DNA of 63,225 bases, counting the filler, from Octopus bimaculoides (Eukaryota): assembly GCF_001194135.2 (NCBI RefSeq). It is 9 parts of 8 records of this genome, joined end to end, with 100 filler letters (N's around TTAATTAATTAA, not from the genome) between each part and the next. Parts side by side here need not be neighbours in the genome. Positions count along the whole stretch, not along the records: positions 8,723 to 21,396 come from NC_068981.1; positions 21,497 to 42,228 come from NC_068983.1; 7 more parts are not named here. One strand, 5' to 3'. The position numbers were made by a program, and so were the translations under genes. This document shows, piece by piece, positions 12,647-26,488 of this stretch (the first letter of the stretch is position 1; each line of letters opens with the position of its first letter). Under the pieces are notes generated by a model. The model was given only the letters and a program-made list of their open reading frames with translations. It searched no databases and was not told where the DNA came from.

Positions 12647-13304
12647 ATTTACATACATAATTGTTTCATATATTTTGTTGTATTTCAGGACGTAATTTTT
12701 TTCTTTTTCGCAAAATAAACACACGCACTGTATATTTGTTCTTATTTCAACTCATCTCAATTGTCCGGAAATCTTTCGTCATACTGTTGTGTCGACGCCC
12801 CCGGGCAAAGAAGTAAGATCCCCCAGAACATATAAACAGAGATAGTCTGGCCGTGGTAGGTGTGTTGAGTAGCAGTCGAGTAGCAGTTGTGTAGCGGTTG
12901 AGTAGAGATCATCCGAAGGTGTTAGATAGCAGTAGCGTTGCGACATAACACATACATCTATGACCTCTTCAGCGACACTTTCGCTTTTGTGTGAGTTCCT
13001 GCTCCAATTACTCCATTCTGATCTTCTATGATGTGAAAAGGAAAAGTGTCGCTCAAGAGGTCATAAAGATTTCCGGACACAATGAACATGAGTTAAAATA
13101 AGAACAGTAATAAACGACTGAAGAACAAATATATAATGCGTGTGTTTATTTGGCAAAAAGCCAAAAAAGAAACAAAAAATTTACCATCACGAAATACAAC
13201 AATATCTGTTTCAACACAATTTAACATCAGGAATCTTGCTACACAAATTAATAAATATTTCAGATATACATACACGCAAATATATGTAAAATTTATATGC
13301 ATAT

Positions 13305-13665
13305 CGTGGCATTCCGTCGGTTACGACGACGAGGGTTCCAGTTGCTCCGAAACAGCCTGCTCGTGAAATTAATGTGGAAGTGGCCGAGCACTCCACACTG
13401 TGGAGTGCTCGGGTAGATTCAGCGTGACATAGAGTGTGACAAGGCTGGCCCTTTGAAATACAGGTACAACAGAAACAGGAAGAAAGACTGAGAGAAAGTT
13501 GCGGTGAAAGAATACTGCAGGGTTCGCCAGCACCCCCTGCCAGAACTCGTGGAGCTTCAGGTGTTTCCGCTCAATAAACACTCGCAATGCCCAGTCTGGG
13601 AATCGAAACCCCGATCCTACGACCGTAAGTCCACTGCCCTAACCACTAAGCCGTTGCGCCTCGAC
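13305..13665 (-). mobile_element. SINE family C (tRNA head), with TSD
   Basis: Reverse complement aligns with 26106-26488; flanked by TATGCATAT at 13296-13304 and 13666-13674. Confidence 0.85.
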
Positions 13666-14995
13666 TATGCATATGTATTTATAAAAATTGACATAGGTGT
13701 ATATGTGTGTGTTTATGTATTTATGAGTTTGTTTGTTTGTGAATGTGAATATATGTGTGTGCGTGTGTGTATGTATATAAAGATTTATGTAAAGAAAGCC
13801 ATTACTTAATTCCAATGTAATTTATTCATATATTTACTGAAATTCATCCTAACTGAAATTTAATTAACACTCGATCTCATTAGTAAAGTATTCTATATTC
13901 ATAAGTGACAAGCCATCCGATATATCATAAGAGTACATCTTTGCTGTTTAATAATTTACTGTTTCATTTTCACACAAGCACTTCAGATATCGCGGCAACA
14001 TGTGGAATAGTGGTTAGAGTGTTGCCCTCTGGTACGTGACGTTGTGCTTTGGATTTCTGGATCTGACGATGAGCTTTCTACGCGAGCAAAACAATTTTAC
14101 GTTGTTGTTGTCCGCTCAGTTGGCAAAAATGAATAATCTTTTGACAGACAAGTGTCTCATAGAGACGGTTGATGGAATATATAGGACACAGCGGCCATAT
14201 TTTTGTTCTATTGTTCGCTAAAATGAGTATATTTTATAACAATGGTGGAGGCAGGGCAATGTGGAAATATTCTTGTACTCTGGTTTACACTCAGACTTTC
14301 CATTATGTCCGTCATGATTGTGATCATATCAGTGCTCTCTGTAATAATCGTCAACATAGTTCTCCTATCTTAACATTCCCAAATATATATGATAGACTCA
14401 GCGCGCCAGATTGAAGACATGTCAAAGGATACACTGAATGTAATTTGTAGAACTCTACACGTGCTCCTTTTCGGGTGGACGTCCTGTATCTAGTTCTGGA
14501 AATTATATTTTATAAATCGACAGACTACGCTGATGATCCTGCAGATATTTACTTATGTAAATATTAACAGGTGAAACCATTGTACATAAGTTAATCGTTT
14601 TTATTTAGTATTTTTCATTTGTCTTGCCCTTTTACAGTCTGTTGTNNNNNNNNNNNNNNNNNNNNNNNNNNNNNNNNNNNNNNNNNNNNNNNNNNNNNNN
14701 NNNNNNNNNNNNNNNNNNNNNNNNNNNNNNNNNNNNNNNNNNNNNNNNNNNNNNNNNNNNNNNNNNNNNNNNNNNNNNNNNNNNNNNNNNNNNNNNNNNN
14801 NNNNNNNNNNNNNNNNNNNNNNNNNNNNNNNNNNNNNNNNNNNNNNNNNNNNNNNNNNNNNNNNNNNNNNNNNNNNNNNNNNNNNNNNNNNNNNNNNNNN
14901 NNNNNNNNNNNNNNNNNNNNNNNNNNNNNNNNNNNNNNNNNNNNNNNNNNNNNNNNNNNNNNNNNNNNNNNNNNNNNNNNNNNNNNNNNNNNNNN

Positions 14996-15026
<31 letters not shown>

Positions 15027-15129
15027 AATAATAATTAGAGGAAAGAAATTGCTATCAATCAATTAAAACCAGTGGCTTAGCATATTTAAAAAATCCGATG
15101 ATTAACAATTGTGTTACATACAAAATTAA

Positions 15130-15370
15130 GATAAATGACCACTAAATACATTTCTGTGCCTGTGTTTGTCCCACCGCAATCGCTTGACAACCATGAGGGG
15201 TGGTGGGAATGTGTGTGTATATCCCCGTATCTTAACAGTTCGGCAAAAGCGAAAGATAGAATAAGTACTAGACTTACAAATAAGAATCCTGGGGACAATT
15301 TGCTCGAATGGTTTTTCGGTGGTTCACTGCACCATAGTATTTTGAGGACGACTGCTTCATAGCACTGGGT
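15130..15370 (+). mobile_element. SINE family B 3' half
   Basis: tcgcttgacaacc...gatagaataagtactagacttacaaataagaatcctgggg matches 56190-56300. Confidence 0.65.
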
Positions 15371-16565
15371 GTTAAAATACCTGAAAGTCATAGACAGATA
15401 AGAAAACTAACCTCCAGTCCCACAGAAGAGAGATTGGTGCTGATTTTACGCTATTTTGTGGCTTATCAACATCACGTACCTGGACAGAAGCAACCGTCTG
15501 CACATTTCCTGGGTTGATTTCGAAGCGTGTTCAGCTGAAACACGATGCTTACGAGAAAATATTCCAAATTTCCGTCTAAACATCAAGCTTTTGGTTGACC
15601 CGACTTTAAAGCGAAAGACGCGAAACTTTCGAAACTTGCACAGTAGGACTAAACTCGAAACCACATGGTCGAGAATCGTATTTCTTAACCATAGCCAAAC
15701 CTGCATGTTACATGTTACATGTCCATAAATTGTCTCCGTCTGTGGATGAGTGTAAATGTGTGGGCGTGCGTGTGTGGATTTGTGTGCTCGTATGTAAAGA
15801 AAAAAAGAACCTAAGTATGGAAGTAAATCAGTTACGAATAAAGAAATGAATTCAATAGGTTTTCTGATACCGGGTATTGTCACTGAAAACAGGAAATAAC
15901 ACTGAATACAAATTATTTAATAATGTTACTGGAAAGGAACAGCTACACTGAGCAAAGTGAAACTTTAACAACAGCATCGGAATGGAACAACTAAAATAAA
16001 ATTATAAATATCTGTCTCGAATACCTTAAACAATACTGAAGTGAGCAAGAAACAACTGCGTCAAAAAATTCACCTTCGTTTAATATTCCAGTATCGGAAC
16101 ACTAGTTATTAGAATTATAAAAACAAAATGCAACTTCGTACATATGTTATTCGCATGTCTGTTGTTGTTCTTTCTTCATGTGTATGTGTGTGTGTATCTC
16201 TCTATGTGTGTGTGTTGTGTGTGTGTGTGTGTGTGTATGTGTGTGTGCGTGTGTGCGTAAAAGGAAACACATTTTCTTCTTCCAAAATGTAGGAAACATT
16301 ATTTTCCACTGAACATTTGAATAATTTGCACGGAAAGAGAAGCGATCTCAATGTTTAATAACAGTTATTCATAGAAGCAATTTCTCATATACATACATAT
16401 ANNNNNNNNNNNNNNNNNNNNNNNNNNNNNNNNNNNNNNNNNNNNNNNNNNNNNNNNNNNNNNNNNNNNNNNNNNNNNNNNNNNNNNNNNNNNNNNNNNN
16501 NNNNNNNNNNNNNNNNNNNNNNNNNNNNNNNNNNNNNNNNNNNNNNNNNNNNNNNNNNNNNNNNN

Positions 16566-16597
<32 letters not shown>

Positions 16598-17031
16598 ATA
16601 TGTGTATGTATATATAATGTGTGTATGTATATATATAGACGTATATATATACATAAGCATATATATGTATATTTGCGTATGTATGTATTATGTGTATATA
16701 TATATTCCTACATTCATACATACATACCGCGCCGCGCTTGTTAGTATGTGTGGTTTTGTTTTGAGAATATGTCTGTTTGGGTACGAAAGTTAAGTTTGAG
16801 TTGCTGAACTGCTTCTGAAAACTTTTACATGCGTGTGCTTTCTATAACTGGTATTGTTGCTGATGTTTTGAAGCTCCGGTTTCCGTCCATTATATTATGG
16901 ACACAATATGTGTATATGCGTCACTATACATATATGTGTGTGTGCGTTTGTGTGTGTGTGTGTATGCGTGTGTATATGCGCGTACATGTGTGTGTGAGTG
17001 TGTATTTGGTCATGCTTTTTATGTGTCTTTT

Positions 17032-17068
<37 letters not shown>

Positions 17069-17870
17069 CTATATACTCAGTGTCCTGTGCTTCTGCAGAC
17101 TACAAAAAAATATTTGGGTTGGAATAATTTTCTCCCCAAAATGTACAATTTCTCTAACATCCTATTTGTTATTGTTGAATTGCAAGAAATTATATTATTG
17201 TACATCATAATATTTGAAAGAAAACGAAAGAAAATACACTACCTTAGGATATTTGGTAAAATATCCGTATATTAAACGAATTCGTGTCAAGATTTAAGCA
17301 AAAATGATGGGTATTTGAAATTCGTTTTATATTGAGCGTGTGTATTTTATTGAAAGAAAGGAAAACAGCATAACTGATAAATATGGAAAAACATATTTGA
17401 TCAAATTACTATTGGCAGCGTAAACATTTTCCCCGGCTGCAATTTCTGCGTATGTTGAACTAAAATATTATAATCGAGGCAGCATATTCAATAATTGATT
17501 ATTGGTCATTATACTTTCAAATTCATATACAATGGAATGCTAAAAATGTGTCTTATTTATGTGTGTGTGTACGTGTACGTATATGTATTGGTAATGTGTG
17601 TATCTGTATATATATGAATATATATACACATACATTTACACANNNNNNNNNNNNNNNNNNNNNNNNNNNNNNNNNNNNNNNNNNNNNNNNNNNNNNNNNN
17701 NNNNNNNNNNNNNNNNNNNNNNNNNNNNNNNNNNNNNNNNNNNNNNNNNNNNNNNNNNNNNNNNNNNNNNNNNNNNNNNNNNNNNNNNNNNNNNNNNNNN
17801 NNNNNNNNNNNNNNNNNNNNNNNNNNNNNNNNNNNNNNNNNNNNNNNNNNNNNNNNNNNNNNNNNNNNNN

Positions 17871-17913
<43 letters not shown>

Positions 17914-19022
17914 TGTACATAGATATGTAAATATTACATAAACATTAACGTACATATAAACATACATGCATACATACTCTGAAACAGACGCATGCACACC
18001 ACGTATACAGAGGAATGTGTGTGAATGTGTGTGAGCGTGTTTGTGCGTGTGTGTGTTTGTTCACTATACAGCGGAAGTCAGAATTGAAGTAATGTAGATA
18101 TAAGAAAACATCACATTGGTTTGATTAGAAATGAAATCACATACGTTCTCTACCTATTCTGTGCGGGTAAATGTGAGAAAGGGCCTACTGGGATTATTTC
18201 TACGATCAATAACCCATAGCTACTACTTATAAAAGTAGTTAAGAATTTAGCTAATAATATGGATTCAAATGCAGAAATATACAAATTATGTTCTCCATCA
18301 CAGTTCAAGCTTAGTAAGTGATAAATTATTGCATATATGCTATTCAGTGGAGAAGGAAGCTATATTCGTATTCCCTTCTCTTATGAGGGGTTAAAAAGAC
18401 TCTGAAATAGTTTAACTGAAAGATTTTCTTTACTTATATTTCAATCCAAACTGGCGGTCTATAGTATTTTCCTTTATCTAAGCTCTGTTGATTTATGCTC
18501 CATTGAACATAAAAAAATATTGTGTTAGTAAATGACGAGCCGTTAGCAGTACAAATATAGAAATTGGAATATGTTTTCCACTATGGTACTACCCTGATTA
18601 AGGACAATGTTTTCAGCAGCTTATCTGTGTGTTTCATTAATATGGAACAGGGTGTATGTCTACTTATGTATTTCAGGTAGACAACTTTATATTAATATTT
18701 TTTTAGGGTTCATGTTTTAAATATTTCTTTCCAGCAGGTTGTTTCATGTCATAGTGTTTCTAAATGTGTGATTTGCGACTCATGTTATTATATTCTCGTC
18801 TTCAAATGAAGTGATTCTGGCCCGCATAATACATATATGCTGTAAGTATCATCACATTCCAGAGTTCAGATGTTACTCTTAACCTTCTGTGAAAAAAGTA
18901 GTAATGCATACTTGAAATCTAACTGTATATATGTATATGCACATATATAAATGTATATATATATGTGTGTATAGATGCATAAATACATGCATATGTGTGT
19001 ATTTGTATATTTATATGTATGC

Positions 19023-19077
<55 letters not shown>

Positions 19078-21038
19078 TGCAAATACATATTGAAGGTGAA
19101 ATTTAATGTGTTACGTGATTTTTGAAATAGCTTTATCTAGCTACATTTCTATCTCTTGAAGAAAAGGCTGTGGTGTCATTTAGTAAGAGAGTCGTAGGTT
19201 AAGAATAATTCTTCGTATCTTCTGTCGCGTTGTTCTTTTAATTTTGGATATATAATAGAAAAGATAATGCTTTAGATTTCTTCTCTTGAATAACCACTTT
19301 ATATAGAAGATCGTAAAGCTGAATTATAAATGATCCTATGACACTGCCTTTATGTATACATACATGCGTACATAAATACACACATATAAACATACTTACA
19401 TATGTGTGTGTGTGTGTGTGTGTGTGCGTGTGTGCATGTGTACGTGGGTGCGTGTGTGTGTATGTGTGTGTGTGTGAATGTGTGTGTACGTGAGTGTCAT
19501 TTTGTGTTTGTATGTATACATGTCCGTAATACATGTTTAGTTTTTGTTGTTGCATTTTTGTGCAGAATAATGTGACATAGAAATCTTTGTTTCCATGTTT
19601 CATACCTCTAGGAGTGTCAGTATATTATTCTTTTGTCATATGTTGTCAACAAAAATGAATTCTTTCGTATGAATTACTTCAGCAAATGTTTCCAAAGTTA
19701 GTTCTCGCTCACGGTTAATATAGTAAACAAGTTCAGAAATATGTTTTCTCAAGTATAAACCTCAAAAAAGTCGTGTTTCTCAAGGACATTAACGTACCCA
19801 ATGCTTTAACAATAGTTTGGACTTTAGTTAGGTCAGCGCAAAGAAAGATGTCTGTAATTGTTGTTACATTACATATATGATGCCTGCAGAGTTTAATCAC
19901 TGGTATTGTCTGACTAGATACATTTCAAAGTCCTCACTAACAACGTTTAACATTATAAAAAGTACACATTTGTACAGCTGTCTGATGTATAGGCTGGGAT
20001 TTTGAAGATAAAGTCGCAGGTTTTGTATTGAACTTCAACAATATGACAAGGCCGATAATGAACCCCTTCTGATAAAGCACTGACATAAGTATTAGATCTA
20101 ACAATACTCATGGTGATTAAGTTAAACTTTCATTGTGATATATCACACATAGAAAAAAAAACCCACATCAGCCTATTGCTTAAAGTAATATCTGAATGAC
20201 GTAGAGATTTATCTCTCATAATTTAAGTAAAACCGATAATTATTCTTTCTTTTTATAACCAAGTTTAGCATTTGATGTGATTTGAAACATAGATTTCCAT
20301 CCGTCGTTTACAGAAGACTATATATTTGACCAGAAAAGAAAACAAACAAAAAACAAGACAGCAACTTCGAACACACATACTTAAAATTGTTTTTTTTTTA
20401 TTCATACCTCAGCATTAACCAACGAAGTGTTGAAGATCTGCATGACGAGAAATTGAGATATGCTTTTAATTAGTCTTCTTAATTTCATAATTAATTTCCT
20501 TATGAAATGAATACTTTATATCTTTAAAATCTTATACAAGTCGTACTAACTGAGATTTGTAAATCAAAACATAATTCTGTACACAACAGTGGGAAAAAAG
20601 TAGAAAATTTCTTACATACTATAGCGTAATTTTTAATCTTTTCACTAACAAATAATCTGGTCTGTATTCTTGCTAAAATATAAAATGAAAGGTTTCTCAT
20701 AATCTTATTTGATTAATTCGTAAGAAAGACAGAAGATCACCGAAAGGCAAGATTCAATAGAGATCGTAAAATATGTGCACGGCTATGGTGTAAACATGTG
20801 ACGAAGAACAAATGCAAAAGGATGTCCTCTGAAAACCAAAATTCTATGAAGTTTTATTTCATTATTTTGGCTTTATTTCGATCTTTTTGTCGTATTTAAT
20901 TTATAGAAGGTATAGAAAGAGACAGGATGAACATCGTAGATTAATGTTGGCTGGAGAAAGAAAATGCATTCCTTAGTTATAGTAATGCACACACACACGC
21001 ACGCACGCGCACACGGATATGCACCCACACAAATTATC

Positions 21039-21069
<31 letters not shown>

Positions 21070-21360
21070 CTGTCTGTCTGTGTGTCTGTTTGTCTGTCTC
21101 TCGTGATTACAGTTTTCTAAATTGGAAACTATACTTTGGTCTAAGCTAAAATACCGAGAAGTGGGTTTTGGTCTAAACAGAAAGTAGAACTTAAATTGTT
21201 AAATATATCCGAGTTTCCATAATGGGAAAACTACTGGGTGTAACTCGACATTAGTGGCTAAACCTTCGCATATAGAACCCGAAACAAAGAAAAACATTGT
21301 TTTATGGGGTGTCTATTTACTTATGTCAGGACTGTGTACATATAAACATTATATATAAAC

Positions 21361-21394
<34 letters not shown>

Positions 21395-21552
21395 GTNNNN
21401 NNNNNNNNNNNNNNNNNNNNNNNNNNNNNNNNNNNNNNNNTTAATTAATTAANNNNNNNNNNNNNNNNNNNNNNNNNNNNNNNNNNNNNNNNNNNNTAAA
21501 ACATGAAAAAGGCAAAACTTACAGAGCCGACACGTCTACCGTCCGTCCATAG

Positions 21553-21613
<61 letters not shown>

Positions 21614-21776
21614 TTACGTAGATACAGAGAGTGGTATTAATTACGGTTCGGAATAAAATCCAAAGAATCACCAAAACTAGACGTGGGTATTTTCATACAC
21701 CAAACTTTTCATAAAATCTTCTTCCTCTCTATGAATGTATAATCTTCCAATGTCCTTTAATATGTTTGTAAAAGAG

Positions 21777-22210
21777 AGGTGGCGAGCTGGCAGAATCGTT
21801 AGCACACCGGGTGAAATGCTCAGCGGTATTTCGTCTGCCGTTACGTTCTGAGTTCAAATTTCGCCGAGGTCGACTTAGCCTTTCATCCTTTCGGGGTCGA
21901 TAAATCAAGTATCAGTTACGCACTAGAGTCGATGTAATCGATTTAATCCCTTTGTCTGTCCTTGTTTGTCCCCTCTATGTTTAGCCCCTTGTGGGCAATA
22001 TTTAAATAAGAAACGTTAGCACCTCAGGCAAAATGTTTAGCGGTATTTCGTCTGTCTTTACGTTCTGAGTTCCAATACCGCCACGTTCGACTTTGCCTTT
22101 CATCCTATCGGAGTCGATAAATTAAGTACCAGTTGCGTACTGGGATCAATCTAATTGACTGCCCTCTTCCCCAAAAATTTCGGGCCTTGTGTCTAGAGTA
22201 GAAAAGAATA
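21777..22210 (+). mobile_element. Two head-to-tail SINE family A copies
   Basis: Both carry gttagcac..aaatg.ttagcggtatttcgtctg..ttacgttctgagttc..gcctttcatcct.tcgg.gtcgataaa. Confidence 0.85.
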
Positions 22211-22256
22211 TATTTGTCATAGAAACCCTTACGATTATTTTGAATGTTATACTTAC

Positions 22257-22364
22257 ACCAGCGACGGTATCGTCCATTATTATCAGGTTGACATTTGCAG
22301 GTGAAATTATAGCCTTCACTGATATATACGCCGCCGTTCTTACAAGTCTTATAGCATGGATTTA
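22257..22364 (-). CDS. Exon 5 of WSC-EGF gene: EGF-like module lacking C3 and C6
   Basis: caatAG|TAAATCCATGC...CGCTGGT|GTAAGT; 108 nt, phase 1/1; (V)NPCYKTCKNGGVYISEGYNFTCKCQPDNNGRYRRW. Confidence 0.8.
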
Positions 22365-24211
22365 CTATTGTATAAAAGAAATATAGGTTGCAATTCACAA
22401 TCTCATGTATATTTACATTGGAATAATTGAGGAATTCCATTTTATAAATTTCCTATTTACTGCTTTTACTTATTTTTATTTTTAGAAAATGTGTTTATCA
22501 GATTTGAAAAAAACTCATGAGTTTCCAATTTTTTTTTTTTTTCTACAATAAAAGCATCACTAATTGTTTTTAAGTGTGTAGTGCAAAAGGAAATTGGACA
22601 AAAAATCTGGCCGGAAGTGGGGAGCGGAAATTGATGAACTTTCAAAACTTTTTTTTCATATAAAGGTCCCATAATCATCATTTACAAGGTTGTGTCTAAA
22701 AAAAATAATTGAAAAGTGCGCCGTCACAACGGAGAAAATCCAACCTGTGTGGGTGTACTATTCTGAAAGTCCGCCAAGGCATTATATACATATATATATA
22801 TATATANNNNNNNNNNNNNNNNNNNNNNNNNNNNNNNNNNNNNNNNNNNNNNNNNNNNNNNNNNNNNNNNNNNNNNNNNNNNNNNNNNNNNNNNNNNNNN
22901 NNNNNNNNNNNNNNNNNNNNNNNNNNNNNNNNNNNNNNNNNNNNNNNNNNNNNNNNNNNNNNNNNNNNNNNNNNNNNNNNNNNNNNNNNNNNNNNNNNNN
23001 NNNNNNNNNNNNNNNNNNNNNNNNNNNNNNNNNNNNNNNNNNNNNNNNNNNNNNNNNNNNNNNNNNNNAAAGTAGACTTACTTGCAAAAAAGGACGTGTG
23101 CGTTCAATAATGTAATAATACAAAGAATATATATACATGTATACACATATATATGTACATACTTACATCTACATGTGTATATATATGCATATCAGGGTAC
23201 AGGACGTTAGAACAATGAACTACAGACAACGGAACGAACACATAGGAAAACGGAAAGCCACTTGGAATATTCCTTCATCAGCTGTCTCTGTTCTAACCTG
23301 ACGTTTCCGAAACGTCAGGTATGAAAGTGTACCTTTGATCGTGACCCTTAATTCATCATAAAGATATGTATTGTGAAGTAATGTATCTTAATAGACACTG
23401 TGAAGGAGCACTGGGACCAAACCCTATGATATGAATTAGCTCTATAGTGCATTGTTTAAGAATAATCAAAGATACGTAGTGTGAGCTCGTAGTCTTATCC
23501 ATATAAAGTGCCCAGAGACTGGTTTGTAAGCTTCTAGTAGGAGTTCAAGATGGTCAATATGGAAACGGCTAATTTTGGAAGGGTCAGTATTTTACGCAAA
23601 CAGAAGTTTTTTCTTTTTTTTTTTTGTCGAGGTGTGCTACTTGTCGAGGTGTGCATTGTTATGAAATAGTGTAATTGGGGAACCCACAAAACTGATAGAT
23701 ATCCTTTGAGCAAGGAACCAAAACGATTGGCTATAAATTGTAAGGTGCGAGATCTGGTACTTTGCAAGTTTATGCACTCAGTCACACTTCGCGATTCGAA
23801 TGATGGTCTTGCTGAAGTTTCGTTGCTGAGTAAGGGCCTCCCAGTTTGCATGAATGGGTAAATATCTTCAAGCGTTTTAGGTTGGGTTATTTTCCTGAAA
23901 TACCTAATGCACTTATGAAGGAATCATTCCAAAGACTTGGAGTGTGAATTTAGTTCCGTGGGAAATTTGAAACGAAGTTCCTATAAGGATAGATTCATTC
24001 ACCCTCCTAGTTGTTTCTGATGTAGCCTTGAATACAGGGTATTTGGCATATAATTTCAAAATGTAATTTACTATAACCTGTTTAATTAAGGATCATCTTA
24101 ATTTTTGATTAACGTTCAACCATTTAGCCGATTAAAACCTTGTAATAATCACATATAGGCTTTTAAAAACATATATAAATCAATATAAAATATTAATAAA
24201 CCATAACTAAC

Positions 24212-24335
24212 CAATTTTGTAAAGGCTGCTTGTCCACAAACTTCCGCACATCTGTCTTGACTTGCATTTCATATTACAATTACCGGATTTTTCATATTTG
24301 TTATATTTGTCACTACAAAGACATGCTTTTCCAAA
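24212..24335 (-). CDS. Exon 4 of WSC-EGF gene: WSC domain second half
   Basis: tatgtatgcAG|TTTGGA...AAAATTG|GTTAGT; 124 nt, phase 0/1; FGKACLCSDKYNKYEKSGNCNMKCKSRQMCGSLWTSSLYKI. Confidence 0.88.
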
Positions 24336-24895
24336 CTGCATACATAAATAAAATAGATAATTATATCAAAATAAATTATGATCAGTTAATTAGACAAAGG
24401 GGCAAACGCAAACACAAAGGAAGTTATTGAAACTGAAAAACTTATATGTAAACATATATATATATATATANNNNNNNNNNNNNNNNNNNNNNNNNNNNNN
24501 NNNNNNNNNNNNNNNNNNNNNNNNNNNNNNNNNNNNNNNNNNNNNNNNNNNNNNNNNNNNNNNNNNNNNNNNNNNNNNNNNNNNNNNNNNNNNNNNNNNN
24601 NNNNNNNNNNNNNNNNNNNNNNNNNNNNNNNNNNNNNNNNNNNNNNNNNNNNNNNNNNNNNNNNNNNNNNNNNNNNNNNNNNNNNNNNNNNNNNNNNNNN
24701 NNNNNNNNNNNNNNNNNNNNNNNNNNNNNNNNNNNNNNNNNNNNNNNNNNNNNNNNNNNNNNNNNNNNNNNNNNNNNNNNNNNNNNNNNNNNNNNNNNNN
24801 NNNNNNNNNNNNNNNNNNNNNNNNNNNNNNNNNNNNNNNNNNNNNNNNNNNNNNNNNNNNNNNNNNNNNNNNNNNNNNNNNNNNNNNNNNNNNNN

Positions 24896-24980
<85 letters not shown>

Positions 24981-25389
24981 ATGTATGCATGTATGTATAT
25001 AATGTATATATGTTTATTGAAGATGAAAAACTTCACAAGCTGTTGCTTGGAGTTTCTCGTAATTACTCATCAGACTCGGTTTGATGATCGGTTAAATGAA
25101 ACGCTGAGTAAAAGTTTGTAAAATTTTCAGCTCAAGGAAACAGAATTTTTACTCGTTTTCGGTAGTCTAATACTATTTTCTCAACCCTATTTCATACATG
25201 TGTGCTCATAAGTGTTTAGTAGTCAGTCAGTTAGAAAGGTGTATACGTACATCGCAGAGAGATGTAAGTTGAATTCAACGGGATTTGAACTAATATTTTA
25301 AAAAGACGTATCTAAATGTGATAAGCTATCTTGCTTTACCGCTCTGCTGCTCTGCCTCTCAGTTAGTTTTCGATCAATTTTAATACAAA

Positions 25390-25416
25390 CTAGCGGGACC
25401 CGTGAATATTTCACGG
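25390..25416 (-). mobile_element. Helitron-like 3' terminus (hairpin + CTAG|T)
   Basis: Minus strand: CCGTGAA-ata-TTCACGG hairpin, then gtcccgCTAG followed by T. The 5' end was not located. Confidence 0.55.
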
Positions 25417-26105
25417 AATTGATAGTAAACTTATTGGGTTATTCCTGAAAACTTTATCCAAAAAGCCTGAAAGCCGAGCCTGTATTGTGTCTGTATCAAA
25501 AGCCGCTCATCTGTTCTTTATTGAAAAGTGAAGGAAATTGGAATACGATGAATACTTAATGAACTTTATATATATATATACTTTATATATTTTATGCACA
25601 ATTTTATAGACTTAATACACAGCACTCATAAAATAAATATTCACTCTTATTTTTCCGTTTTTCCCATTAGCAAAAAAAAAATTGCATTTTAAAATTTACA
25701 TGGTCATAATTTCATATCAAGAAAGCAAAGGTTTTATAGTAAAATAATTATTTTATATGTAAAATATAGGGGTTACAATTTCACGGGAGTAAAAATTTAA
25801 TGCAACATGGCATACTCTGAAATCCACATCGTTGGTAACTTATAAGCCAAGGCGATGGGTCAGAGCCAATGCACATTTCAATTTGCGTACAACTTTCAAT
25901 CCATTACTTCTTTGCAGACTATGTTCTTCGTGGAGATTCTCCTTCTTTTTTTTTTCCCTTGTTTGTTAGTGTTGATAACTTTAACTCTCACATTAGATAA
26001 TTTGCGAGTCATTGGAGAATGTAACATATAGCTGACCGCGGCTAGAACGGCCCCGTTTTATCAAAAGTCTGCCCTTGTAATTTAATTATAGTTATTGCAT
26101 ATGAG

Positions 26106-26488
26106 TGGAGGCGCAATGGCCCAGTGGCTAGAGCAACGGACTCGCAGTCATAGGATCGCGGTTTCGATTCTCAGACCGGGCGTTGTGAATGTTTATTGAG
26201 TGAAAACACCTAAAGCTCCACGAGGCTCCGGCAGAGGATGGTGGTGAACCCTGCTGTACTCTTCCACCACAACTTTCTCTCACTCTTACTTCCTGTTTCT
26301 GTTGTGCCTGTAATTCAAAGGGTCAGCCTTGTCACACTGTGTCACGCTGAATATCCCCGAGAACTACGTTAAGTGTACACGTGTCTGTGGAGTGCTCAGC
26401 CACTTGCACGTTAATTTCACGAGCAGGCTGTTCCGTTGATCGGATCAAATGGAAACCTCAACGTCGTAAGCGACGGAGTGCCAACAAC
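26106..26488 (+). mobile_element. Full-length SINE family C with 12-bp TSD
   Basis: tRNA-like head ggcgcaatggcccagtggctagagc...gtttcgattc; ATTGCATATGAG at 26094-26105 and 26489-26500. Confidence 0.9.

Noticed and set aside
18140-18320. CAGKCEKGPTGIISTINNP, resembling a CUB start or a decayed RT motif
   Set aside because: Immediate stop, no good splice sites, two incompatible interpretations.
26106-26180. SINE heads as tRNA genes
   Set aside because: They lack a closed cloverleaf and continue into SINE bodies with TSDs.
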